Assembly (NCBI GenBank): GCA_010405405.1
Contig: MU004235.1
Span: 820,538-884,537 of the forward strand
Length of the DNA: 64,000 bases
Source of the DNA: Microthyrium microscopicum
Taxonomy: Eukaryota
Reading direction: 5' to 3'
The translations under genes were made by a program, and so were the position numbers. Of this stretch, positions 1 through 12,280 are shown piece by piece (within the stretch, counting starts at the first letter, position 1; each line of letters opens with the position of its first letter). The notes beneath the pieces are model-generated. The model was not told where the DNA came from. It was given only the letters and a program-made list of their open reading frames with translations, and ran no database searches.

Positions 1-44
1 TATCGTGTGAGATTGGAGCCAACACACTTTGAGCCACAGATGCT

Positions 45-1802
45 TTAGTGCTAAAGAAGAAAAGTCAGCTATGTTAGACCAGAACAGCAATATGCAGACA
101 ACTTACATCTAGGTCTTCCCATTTGGGGCCATCTTGCGTCCAATTACGGCCCTGGATGTTCTCCAGCTGCTCACTCGTCACTTGCGCTCCACTGGTGAAA
201 TAGCCTGCAGCAATCTTTGCGCCGATCTCGACCATAGAGTCCTCAGGAATGAGCTCCTGAGGGATTTCGACACGTTTGTGGATTGGGATGCCTTGGCCAA
301 CGATAGCATCATGCTTCATATCCGACATGGAAACTGGACACGTTAGCGTGAATGGCGGCATAAGGCATGGAATTTGGGAGCTTACGCATGGTATCAATCT
401 TTTGAATACCCAGCCAGTGTAAGATATCGGGCATCAGTGCTTGAAATCTCATATCCTTCACACCAGCAATGTCTTCGGTTCTCTTGAAGTATTCGCTAGC
501 TTTATCGAGGCCACGCTTGCGAGCATTGTAGACAAGATATTTGGTCACTTCGCCAAGAGCGCGACCTTCCTTACGGAAGTAGATGATAACTCCGCTACCG
601 CCTTGCTGAGCTTGCTTGACGGCTTCCTCGATACCAAAGATGAGGTACGGTCTGCATGTGCAGATATCAGAACCAAAGACGTCGCTTCCATTGCATTCGT
701 CATGTACACGAAGCGCCAATTTTACATTTGGGTCAGACATTTTCGCGGGGTCACCAAATATGTACACAGTCAAGCCGCCAATCGGAGGCATGAACAGTTT
801 GATATCATCTCGTGTGATCAGCTCTGGATATGAGCCACCAGTCTCTTCGAAAAGCGCGCGTCGTAAAACTTGTTCATCTACCCCACGTTAATGAAATTTT
901 CACATCATGAGAGCATAAACAGCTTACCAATGCCGAATCGTTCTGCGACTCCGGGCAGATACCAGACTGGCTCTACAGCTACCTTGGTCACGGCAAGCTC
1001 GCCTGTCTCGTTGATGCATATCTGGCCGTCTGGGACAAGTCTACCAGCTTTGACGCTGCTTTCCAGCTCGGGGAGACGCATATGAGCACGAGTGATGGCA
1101 ATGGTTGGACGAATGTCAAGACCCTCATCATCGATGTATTGCTTGAATTGCCATGGAGATATATGTCCCCAAGGATCCATGGCGACGATCTTCTTCTTGT
1201 CTCCCCACTGAGGATGTGGTCCAAGGGTCACAGCAGGCTCGGCGTTGGTGAAGATTGGACGATGGTCAGATTCGAGGTTCTTGCTCGCTACAGCAAGAGC
1301 GTGGTAGATTGAGTAGCAACCTCCGTGGGCGCCAATTGCATTTCGTCGACGAGCGGTACCTTTATGTCTAGATACGACGACTGGTCCTCGCTTGACAGGA
1401 TCTCGATTGCCCCAGTCCATTGACACTGGATTTACGCCGACTTGCTTGGGATAGGTGACTAGAACAATCTTGGGCGGAAATCCGAGTGGAAGAGTTACCG
1501 AACTGGATCTTGCTGGAGATTCGGGGGTGGAAGCAAGAGCTCCATTCGAGTCGTTGCTCATCATTCCGGAAGAGCTGGGTCTATTCTCTGTAGTTGGAGC
1601 TTCATGGTATCAATAAAAGAATTGGAAGTAGGATAAGATAAGTACCATGATGGGGCGTATTAGCATGTATTTTGGCATCGAGCATGTTGATACTATCTTT
1701 CAACTGGGCGTTCTCATTGCGAATAGCAGCGTTGTCTTTGGTCAAAGACTCGAGCTGCCCCTGGATAGCTCCAAGGGCTTTCAACAGGGCATCTTGATCC
1801 AT
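45..1802 (-). CDS. urg1: Uracil-regulated protein 1 / URC1-like GTP cyclohydrolase II family protein (multi-exon)
   Basis: ATG at 1802 (MDQDALL). Exons encode RRNAIGAHGGCYSIYHALAVA, DIRPTIAITRAH, RVHDECNGSDVFGSDICTCR (GCH-II zinc cysteines), KEGRALGEVTK and DMRFQALMPD. The last intron (GTAAGT near 106, AG at 52-51) is followed by a 6-nt exon CAC TAA (50-45), giving ...WEDLDH*. Confidence 0.92.
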
Positions 1803-2535
1803 GTTGACGTTGGTTGGTTCAAGGAAAAAGCAAAGACGGTGAGGCTGGATGGATATAGAACTCAATAGGACAGGCTATACTTGTATACGCAGGTACGCAA
1901 TGTTTAGTTGTAGCTCTTGTTTCCAAGCTTGATAAGCAAACAACGCTCAACTGCGGCCGAGGTAAGTGCTTTTAGTTGTACTGAAGGAAGAGAGATGAAG
2001 AAGAGGATTCTGGAGAAACGACAGAGACAAGAGCCAGACACGACAGGTATGTATCAATCCAATGAGCTTGGGTCAGCCGCAGATAATCGGTGAGAGAAGC
2101 TTCACGCGCCCAGTTTCAGAAGGCAAAGGGATGCAGTTGCCCCTCCAAGGCTGCCAAGCCGTAATAAATACCCCTCAGTCCTGTCTGACCAATAAGAAGC
2201 CTATCTTTGCTTTGTCAGCACTCAGGGATATGATTACCTATTGAGCCTCAATCAAAGCTTCATTTCTAGACAACGACTTCCAGTTCTCGAGTCTCATCAC
2301 TTTTCCTTCTTTTCGTCCCATCACTCCCCCGTCACCTCAGTGAGCGCAAACCTCATCCAGTCACTTAATATCCTCACACTTCGCGCCTTATTACCTTCTC
2401 AACTCAATCCTAAAGAACCTTCGCGCCCACCGAACCTCATCACATCCAGACCACTTGATCGACTGCGCTCCAGCATCAGCACGACTGTGAGCTGCAACAC
2501 TACAAGCAAATACCTCTATCAAGCAAACCACCAAT

Positions 2536-3053
2536 ATGGGCAAACGCAAAAAGGCAGCTAAGCCCATGGCGAAAAAGAAGGGCCGCACTCTTCCCACCAC
2601 ATTCCAATGTCTATTCTGCAATCACGACTCGTCCGCTGTCGTCAAAATGGACAAGAAAATGGGAGTCGGCCACCTAACATGCAAAGTGTGCGCGCAATCC
2701 TGGCAATCAAATATAACCTGTATGTCCCTCATTACTGCTTGCCTATGCTCTCAGCAAGCACTAACTAGAATTCTTTAGATATATCCGCGCCAGTTGACGT
2801 ATACTACGACTGGGTCGACGCCTGCGAAGCCGCCGCCAAAGAAGACGCTGGCGATGCAGACGAGGCAGAAGTCAGTGTGCCGCGCAGCCGGCTGCTGGGC
2901 GGACGGCCGGGGCGCGCAAAGAGTGTGGATGAGGATGAGGAAGAAACGGAGGATGGAGGGAAGGGCGGTTATGGGGCTGAGAAGGATGGTTTTGTGGTGG
3001 ATGATGAAGAAGAAGGGGAAGGAGAGTTTGCTGACGAGCTTGACGATGATTAG
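2536..3053 (+). CDS. ELF1: Transcription elongation factor Elf1 (zinc ribbon plus acidic tail), 2 exons
   Basis: MGKRKKAAKP...FQCLFCNH...CKVC in exon 1; intron 2720-2778 (GTATGT...CTAAC...TAG); exon 2 reads ISAPVDVYYDWVDACE then an acidic tail to TAG at 3051-3053. Confidence 0.93.
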
Positions 3054-3661
3054 GGTGGCTTGATAATTTGCATGTATACGGTTTGGAGTTTGGGGCGGAT
3101 TTGCAAGCATGCTTTCTGTATGATATTGCTTTGGGATATTGGCCAGTTGATGATCATGTTTGGCTAGAAGCAGCATACTGTTTTGATAGCGACGGCTTTT
3201 CTCGCCCGGTTTTATTGAGAAAACTAGTGGACAAAAGACTTGTCCTTGCGAGATCGCGCCAATCTTACAGTTTGAATTGTCAAATCGGTGAATTTGATAT
3301 AATCTCTGAGGGTAAGAACTCCAAAAGAGTCGCATTGAAAAGATCTGTGTACCAGAGAATAGTGTGCCTCGTCTAGTACTTGCGCTCTCATATGCCACTC
3401 TCCGTTACCGAGTATCTCATTTTGCGATGAGTGTGTAGAAGCCCAGGTAAAACCTCGATTACGACGAAAGGTACAGTGTAAGCTTTCCGAGAGAGTATAA
3501 AGCATGATGGTGGATAGCATTCATGATTTTGGCCACTTATTTTGCCCATCGAAGTCGCATAATCAGAAATCATGGAAATTGAGGAAACCCTCCTCATGAT
3601 ATATTAGCTATGCTATGCCAAACTAGGTAGTCATCTACACATCTATGCATTATTTTTGTCA

Positions 3662-4491
3662 TTATGTTGTGTAGTACCGGTCACCAAAGTCACCTAGTCC
3701 AGGTACGATGTAGCTATCACAGGTCAGCAAATATCCTTTAGTCTTTCTTCAAGTTCCAAACTTACTTCTTCTCATCGAGTCCCTGGTCCACAAATGCAGT
3801 TACGACTCTCACCTTTGGACACAGTTTAGCAAAATTGCCTGCACCCTCTGGACTCGCAATCAAGTTCAAGAAGAGAATATGCTCCTCCGGTACACCCTTG
3901 CCCTTGAGCACATCTACGGCCATCAATGCTGAGCCACCAGTTGCCAGCATGGGATCCAGTAACAAGACCCACCGGTCTGCAATATCTGTGGGCAGCTTGT
4001 CGTAGAATAGCTTGGGCTTGGCGGTCTCCTCGTCTCGCTGGATCAAGATCTTGCCGATTCGTACACTGCGGCAACAATCTCTCAGGCCCTGCTCCATGGC
4101 CTCACCGGCTCGCATAATAGATACGCCACAGATCTTGCCCTCGAACTTGACGCCTGCATAGGAGCGGCCGACGGGGGTGGTGATGGCTTGCTCCACAGTG
4201 GGTAGATGGTTAAGGCCTTCTTCGACGAGTAGGCGAATAATACGATTGGAGTAGAAGATGAAGTCGGCACGCTGCGTTTTCTTGTCTCGAATCATTCTAG
4301 ACTTCTGGTTAGTCTCATATGTTGGGGAACGGACAAGGAGGTGCTCACGTGAGCAGTGCTATCAGCTGTGGTGTTTGAGGGAGAATGGTGACATTGGGAT
4401 GAGATAGCTTGGTAGATATAGTGGCAGTGGGCTTCTCGGCGGCAGATTTATATTCTGGACCGACTGGCTTTGGTTCGTTTTGTGAAGACAT
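3662..4491 (-). CDS. FUR1: Uracil phosphoribosyltransferase (3 exons)
   Basis: ATG at 4491; ...QTPQLIALLT|MIRDK...DFIFYSNRIIRLLVEEGL, VSIMRAG, IGKILIQRDEET, LLLDPMLATGGS; last exon YIVPGLGDFGDRYYTT*. Confidence 0.95.
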
Positions 4492-5019
4492 TGTAGACGA
4501 TTGTGGATAAGACTCGAGGCTGAAGTGGGAAACAAGCGTGCTGCGAAAATGATGGAGAGAAATTATTGAGACAAAGTAGGAACAAATTAGAAATGGAGGA
4601 CGGGGCGGTAAAGAGTTAAATAGCCAAACCCTGGAGCCGGGTGTTTAGGAGTTGTAGTCAGTGAAATCTCGAAGTGGTGATATGGGGAAAGTGTTGAAGA
4701 TCTTGTGCCGCTTCACTGGTTCTGAGCGACCTTCGTTGAGAGGGAGAGGCTGAGAGGGTCTGGCTCGAGCTCTCGCCCAGGTGGCAGGTGTAACCCTGTT
4801 CGGCCACTTCCGTTTCGCTTTTTGGCTCGGCGTGCCGATCGGCTTCTTCTACATAGCTTGAGGTATGGGTACAGCACGTGCACGCCAAAGCTGACTGGAC
4901 CTTCCGAAGTTCCATCCCGACTCCCAGAATCAACCAACGCTCGTTCTAGATAAATCATTGCACATGCTTTCTGAACCTTCAATGTACTATCATCTTCTCA
5001 TCAGTCATCATATGCCAAT

Positions 5020-7895
5020 ATGTCTCTAAGCTCTCAATCCCTCCCAGATGTCAAACAACGCGTTGCTACCTTTGAAATCTCTGCCATCACCCCAGTCGAG
5101 TCCGTGTCAGGAGCAGTACAAGATACCTACTGTAACGACGCGTCAATTGTGGTGTTTCTATCTCTTCTGCTAACTTCCTTTTCTTACAAGATTATCAAGC
5201 TGACGTACCCATTCATGCCGACGACGAGTTCTACATCGGAAGAGGAGCACACTCATGGTAGCCTAGCGCAAATCTGAACATTTCATATCAACTTCATCTT
5301 TCTAATGTGATATAGTGGTGCAAATATCTCGGATCTCACAGTCTCCAATCGACATATCAAAGTCCGATGTATTCTTTTCGAAAGCGAAGAGGCAAACTTG
5401 CCTCCCATCGTCTATGTGACTGACCTCTCAACCAATGGAACCTTCTTGACTCGCAGTGACAGTGATACTGAAGAGCGTCTTCCTTTCAGAAGCCATGCGA
5501 TCTTGCTGAGAGAGGGCGACGAGCTTCGCCTTGGTGCTAGGACCCTGTGCACATTTCATATTGACGGCCCTGCCACATCATCAATTGCTCTTACTGAGCT
5601 GCAGCAGCGCGAATCTCAAGTCTGTCATTAGTTAATCAACGATTCCTGGCTTATACTAATTCTTGTAGCTTTTTCGAGACAGATTCATTATTGAGAACCA
5701 AGCAATTGGCTTTGGTGGTCAAGGAGCAGTCTACGCCGCTCGCCATATTGCTTCCAGTTCACAGCTTGCATGCAAAGTAATCCCTATCCTCCACAAAGCA
5801 GAAGGCCTGAAGCTTGAGGTTCTTTGGGACTCAGAGAACTTCACCTCGCAAGATCTCAATCGTCTATCTGCACAATTCCGTGAATTTGTCATTTTGGCAG
5901 AACTGGACCATGTAAGTTTTGCTCGATTCCAGGCTTCAAGTTGAGTGAGCCGTCTGCGGCACGATTCATCAACTACGACTTCTTGAAAATAAACCTCATT
6001 GATTCTCCTTCGAGTTCGACGAAGACTTGACAGAGTTTCAATTGCAATAATTGGAACTTTGTTTCTCTTGAAAGTGCTACAACAGACGTCGTCGTTGGTG
6101 AGATTAGTGCCCGAACAGCTCACTCTTTTGACGCACTAAAAACGCATCCCGTAAACAGCGATAACTGACATCTCCACAGCCCAATATCGTCGGATTGAAT
6201 CAAGTATTCTGGAGCCAAAACAACATGTAGGTGTGCTCGAATTTCATCAGATGCCGGGCTAATCCGTATCAGATACATATTTCAGGAGCTCTTTACTGGA
6301 GGCGACCTGTTCTCCCTCATGACACATCGCAAATGTGATATGGATGAGGTTGAAGTTGCTGCTATAATCCTTCAAGTTCTCATGGGCCTGAAGTATCTCC
6401 ATGATCGCGACATCGTTCATCGCGACCTCAAACTCGAGAACGTACTAGTCACCACTGTCGCTGCCGCCTCTGCCCGAGTAGTCATCACCGATTTTGGCTG
6501 GGCACGGCATATACCCAAGGTGCAATTGTCTAATGGTTCGGTGCGTATGTCTCGCATGACAACATATGTCGGCACACCTGACTGGAATGCTCCGTAAGTT
6601 CTCCCTAGCCCATATCTGAAGCCGTTCTGACAAGCCATAGCGAGATTAGAGCTGGGAAAAATCCAATGGGATACACCAAAGCCGTGGATCTATGGGCAGT
6701 TGGAGTCATGACTTGCGCTCTTTTAGCAGGTAAGCCAGTAAAATCATATTTCTTGACAACATTCAAGCCCATCAAACGCGCGGCGAATACTATCGCATTC
6801 AGCGGGAGCCATAAAATACGCTGGTCTTGTGGCGTACTTTCGAATTTTGGAGAAACTTGATGCGGCAAGATGACTCTATCGCATACAATGGCTGCCTTAG
6901 CATGTTATGATATCTCATTGCGAATTGTTTCCGCGCGTTTAGGCTTTGATTTTGTAACATTATACTGATAAACTTCAGGTCAGCCCCCAGGAACGGATCC
7001 CGATATGATCTGCAAGTACGTTGAAAACATTACAACAGAGCCTCTGTGGTCTGAAATTGGCGATCGACCAAAAAGCTTCGTCCGTCGCTTAGTGACAGGT
7101 GACGCCCATCGGCGTTTGACTGTGGACCAGGCCCTTCACCACAGGTGGTTTACCAATTCTTGCAATATCGGCCTATACCAGCGCCTGTATGATTCCGCCA
7201 TCAAGTCATGGCATCCGAGACCTGACCAAGTCAAAATCATCGAGAAACTTTCTACCACTCACGGAAGACTCAAATCGACGCCTCTATTCAACCCGAACTC
7301 TCTGCATCGAGTTGAAAGCGTATGGGAGCAGGAGTCACAGTATTTTGCAAATACTAAAAAGCCACGCGATCATGTTTCTCAAGGTCAAGGCCAGGAATCA
7401 CTTCTAGCAGGAAGGGGCATGGCACAACGAAGCATCTACAGCATCCCTAACACAGAAGAGTCAATTTCCGATACAGAGGAGTCTGACACAGACGACGAAA
7501 GCGATGAGGAGGTAGCCTCCAATTCGACAGAACAACGGCGAATCATTGCAGAAAAGGCTCTGGAGAAGCTGTCGCTAGAGCCCCAAGACGCTGCCTTCCT
7601 TTTGGAAGACTCGATTCTTCCACCTCTGGCGGATTCGCTCAACACCACCCCTGAGTCCTCTGATGTCGATTATATATCGACCTCACCGCCGGTGCCAGTG
7701 CCAGCCAAGCGTCCGGCAGAGCCTACTTACTTCAATCCGAACCAATTGGGTTTGAGAGACATGCATATTCCAGGTCTTTCTTCTACAGTTCGACGCCCCA
7801 AGAAGCGTCCGCGGACCGAGCTACAATTCTCTGTCGTGGACAGAAGCCGTCGAGCGAGCGAACGTAATCAGACACATGGAGATGGTTTCGATTAG
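5020..7895 (+). CDS. FHA-domain Ser/Thr kinase, MEK1/CHK2 family (about 8 exons)
   Basis: FHA motifs FYIGRG, VSNRH and DLSTNGTF. Kinase motifs IGFGGQGAVY, ACK, HPNIV, HRDLKLENVL, DFG, YVGTPDWNAPE, DLWAVG. Canonical GT-AG introns near 5132-5190, 5258-5315, 5620-5668, 5912-6179, 6226-6272, 6594-6640 and 6730-6978 keep the frame open. Confidence 0.85.
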
Positions 7896-8370
7896 GAAGA
7901 TGAAGCATTTATATATTCTACTCACTTTTGTGCTTTAGTACAACTCAGTTACTGATAGATATGGTGTCGACTGGTAAGATCAAGCATTCTACTTACCCTT
8001 ATATACTTATTTCACTAAGTACTCTAAAAATCTATGGAAGCTACAGTTCTATCTGACAATATCAAGCTTCACTAGGCAGTCAACTTTGTACGAGAGCAGC
8101 AAACTACTCGATGGCTCGATCGCGTCATATGGTTTTCGCCCTGCAAGATGGGATTTCTTGATATCCTCATTCCTCATTCCTCTTCATAAGCCAACGAAAC
8201 CAGCTGTCACCATCGCACTTAATGGCTCACATACTTGGTAGCAGTCGATGTCGTCCAGAACCTGTTATGGACCGAGGACTTGAAAGGCTAAGATCCTTTT
8301 TTGCATCCCTAGTCTTCGATATCATTTATGATAGTACGCTAATAGCTTTCAGAACGCTGGTAAAATTGGG

Positions 8371-9820
8371 TTACTTATACACATGCATTGCATCTTCGGT
8401 CACTTGGTTCGACATTCCCTCATATTTCGCCCAGCCATCATCTGGTATGTCCCACCAACTAACCTTACTCTTAGTCTGCGTCCAATGTTTTCTGGTGTTT
8501 TTGAGCAGCTTATCTAAAGCCACCCCATTCAAAGTCTCTTCATCCAGACTACCCATTGCAATCTCGATGCGATTCAAGCTTCTGAACTGCTGATACCACA
8601 AAGTAGTCCCACAACGACCGCAAAATCCTCGTCTGGCATGTGGAGACAAGTTCGTCTGCTGGAGATCACTGAGCCTTGGAGTGAAGGAAACAGCCCAACT
8701 GTCGAATTCCATCATCGTAAGGAACGGTCCTCCAGAAATCTTTCGGCAAGGTACACAGCAGCAATGGCAAATGGATAGAGGCGCTATGGCTGCTTTCCAC
8801 GTAACATGACCGCAGGCACAACTGCCCAACATAGCTGCTTTTGGAGCCATCTCGTCTTTCCTAAGGCCTTTCCCAATAAACACGCCATCCATGTCTATAA
8901 CATTCCCCTCTTTGTCGGCAAGCAAGCGCCACTCTTCCAGGAACATCTCTCTCGCGCGGTCCTTGATCTTCTCGTCTTGCAGTGGACGCGTGACTTCTGC
9001 TTCAGCATAGTCATCCCAGAGTTTTCCACCGTCATCCGCCCTGCTCTTCTTTTCGCCATATTTGGCCTGAGTCTGTAGATGCACATCCTGTACTTCAAGC
9101 CCAGCAGCTTCGAACAACCGTTGGATATCGTCAGCGCTCTGAGACCACATGCGCTGCGATGGCGGCTGCAATCCAAGCCTAGCATAGACCACCTCCAAAG
9201 CAATGCCAAATGGCTGATTGCTCGGATGTGTGACATCAGTGACCAATTCCCCACCAGGCTTGAGCAGGCTCGCCCAGGATGATACGGCATCATAAGGACT
9301 GTCTAGCAGAACGAGACAAGACGCGCACGTAATGGCATCGAACTTTCTGTCCCTGATCGCGTCGAGTTGGGCCAGATTGGTGATATCATGGTTGAAAATT
9401 TGGATGTTGTTCCAACCACCTTCCTCATTCTGGAGCCTCGTGAGTTCCTTCTTTGCTTCATAAAGCATTCCATCGCTCACGTCGATTGCTGTAACTGATC
9501 CGGTTGGGCCGACGGCTTTGGCGGCATTGAAAGTGACGAGTCCGGTTCCGCAGGCTAGATCCAATATGTCCCAACCTGGTTGCGGGTCAAGGTAAGAAAC
9601 CACGTAAGCGGCGAATGATGGATGCCAGGAGTCGTTATATTTGCTCGCCTTTGATCGATTAGCTCGGAACTTATGTTTGAGCTTCTGTATATTTGGCGAT
9701 CAAAGGGATGATGACGAATTAATTGATAGCTGACTTGACAAGGACCAGGAAAGATTCTAATTGAACTAGACATACCCGGGCATTATACATGCGTTTTGCT
9801 ACCTCATGTTGAGTCTCCAT
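8371..9820 (-). CDS. Class I SAM-dependent methyltransferase (UbiE/Methyltransf_25-like) fused to a C-terminal GFA/Mss4-like zinc domain
   Basis: Exon 1 METQHEVAKRMYNAR (9820-9776), intron 9775-9649, then one open exon with ILDLACGTG, AIDVSDGML and LLKPGG followed by GSCACG...CHCCCVPCRKISG...RGFCGRCGT. Confidence 0.85.
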
Positions 9821-10628
9821 GGCTTTTTGTAAGGTGGACCAAAATGCCTCCCAAGGTCTCAAGTTGACCGTGTTCAATATTGATCAAAAATTTCGTGTTC
9901 ATTCTCCATATACAGAATTGTCGTGTTGAAAGAGTAACATGCCGATGACGCTTCTCTTGGATTCATCTCTAGCTTGGCGAGCGCCTTACGGAGTACAAAT
10001 GTCAAGGGGTACCTCCGCTTTTGATGGTATTGCTAATGCTTTATTCTCCGTAAGTTAGAAACGACAACACATGGAAAACTCGAGACCAATTTGCGCGTCA
10101 ACTTACTTATTCATACCCCTACTTAGCTTCCTTGTTCGATTGAATACCTACTATGTAGGTAGATACCTAGTAAGATATGCCATGCCATGTTCTAACGGAT
10201 GATCAACATATCAGCGATTCCAGGGTACAATGCACTGGCAAAAGAAGTGGCTTCCATGCATTATTATGTCACCCATCTGATATGGTTTGTTAGCGATGAT
10301 TTTATTTCTTGCAAGGGGCTCGCGATTCTTCACGATATACTGATTACGCTGGGATGTACATCCTCTAGCAACATTGGTGGGAAGCATCGACATGACTTTC
10401 CATCCCTAGTGGCAAATCACCAGTAATCTCACGTCAGATTGGCTTGAACAAATGCGACAATTCTGCCGAGATATCTGACAGTCTACGTACCTACTTTGCA
10501 GAAAGGACAACAGAAGCTAAATATTGAGTTACTAAAAGCTGAGCATTTCCAGCATATTTGTCTAAAACTCGAGATAGTAACAAACAGTCGAGAACAATAT
10601 ATTTCGAAATATCAGAACATATTTCATC

Positions 10629-11534
10629 ATGACAGCGCATAATCCCATCTACCTGCTCAATTCGGGGAAATTTGGACAAGAATCCAACAGACTCAACATC
10701 CAGCATGACCTGTTTCTTGAATTGACATCCACCCTTCTACCTGTGCACATAGCGGAAGAACTCCCAGACGAACCTCGGATTGCAGACGTAGCCACTGGAA
10801 CTGGTATTTGGATGAAGGCTGTCAATAAGAGTTTACAAAGTTCTGGAAAGTCCAGTGTTTTGCTAGATGGTTTCGACATGGATACCACTAAATTTCCTTC
10901 ACCTTCAACACTGGACCATAACATACGATTCTTCGAGAAAAATTGCCTTGAGCCGTTTGCAGAAGAATTTCTGGGAAAATATGATGCGGTCCATGTCCGC
11001 CTTTTGATGTATTCTCTCAAGGAAGAAGATTGGGCTCCTGCTGTGCGAAACCTGACTACGTTACTGAAGCCTAGGGGCTGGCTGTTCTGGGAAGAAACCG
11101 GATACCCCAGTTGGATTTCTATCCCTCCAAGCGATGCAATGCACAAACTGCTGCAGAAGGATGTGGAATGGGCAAGACAAAAGGGCAGATGTCTAAGGTA
11201 AGCACTACATTACATATTAGCAGATTCAGAACTCTAACAAACGATATATAGATCTCCACACAACCTCCCTGCGCATTTTCAAGAAGCAGGATTACAGCAT
11301 TGCGATTGGAAAGATTACTCAACCTTCGAAAAGCCAGAATTGAGTCAAGCAGCAAGCGATGCAATCGCCAGAGTACTGCTACAGGCTGTTTTAGGCATTG
11401 CTGAGCAAGGTGGAATGGAGGGATTGAGAACTGAAGATGACGCCCAAAGACTGGCCAATGCGGTTTTCGACGATGTTGCTCGCGGACATGAGATAGGATT
11501 CAGCATGCGATGGGTTTTTGGTCAAAATTTGTGA
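10629..11534 (+). CDS. SAM-dependent methyltransferase, LaeA-like/Methyltransf_23 type (2 exons)
   Basis: ESNRLNIQH, IADVATGTGIW, LDGFD, YDAVHVR, LLKPRGWLFWEE; intron 11198-11251. Confidence 0.85.
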
Positions 11535-12213
11535 ACGCCTAAGCAGATCAACATATTTGAACATCTTCATAGTGGCCAACGCATCCTGTTGCTCCCAATG
11601 CATTGCATAACTCTTAGTCCCTCATCTTACCTGATTGAATTCTTCGAAGCATTTTGATATGCTTCGAGGTAGCTGATATAGGGATTTGAATGGATATGAA
11701 TGAGTGACTTGATGAGCCCCCAAGAGTCTACTCAAGTATGGATAAAAGGAAAGCGTGACAGGATAAGTAAGTCGAGATCGACCATTCATGAAATGTGCTC
11801 GGAAGCCGCCGAATTCCCAATAGCATCTCCGATGTCGCTAAACATCTGGGTCCGTAGGTCAAAGCTGAGGCGATTCAAAAGTTTTATCTTGTAGTAAATA
11901 AAATTTGTAAAAGATATCATCACATTCTGTCATCGCCTGGCTGGTGAAAGATATCCATCTTGATATCTAGGTATCTGCAGACACAAGCGGTATAACGAGG
12001 CTTTGATGTGTTTGAATTCGGTCCTGGAAAACTTGCTGATAGAGTCACAAAAGACATGAGATTTATCATAGCAATAACGATCTTGCATAGGAACTTCCGT
12101 ACCCGCTCACTTACCTTGCATTGGCGAATAATCTAGTCCGCAATGGGAGTGTATGTGAGCGGACCGGCTTCATGTCGCTCAGAGATTGGTTAAGAATGGC
12201 TGGGAAAGCTGAT

Positions 12214-12280
12214 GGCTGTTTCTAAAATCCCCCCCAAGATCTACTAAAATCCCCCTTGAGATCTACTAAAATCCCCCTCT
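12214..12280 (+). repeat. Left TIR of the MULE, with three TAAAATCCCCC units at about 22-bp spacing
   Basis: Reverse complement of 22645-22711 with few mismatches. Confidence 0.92.

Noticed and set aside
1888..2053. Three plus-strand splice-donor-like motifs (GTACGC, GTAAGT, GTATGT) upstream of ELF1
   Set aside because: No clear matching branch point or acceptor; cannot be supported without transcripts.
5912..6978. TPP riboswitch as the explanation for the structured introns
   Set aside because: The conserved TPP aptamer motifs (CUGAGA; CUUGAUC..GG.UAAU.CC.GCG) are absent and the gene is not thiamine-related.
12214..12280. Regularly spaced ~22-bp repeats that look superficially like a CRISPR array or iterons
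   Set aside because: Eukaryotic context, no unique spacers, and an inverted copy 10.5 kb away with a TSD: these are TIR subrepeats.
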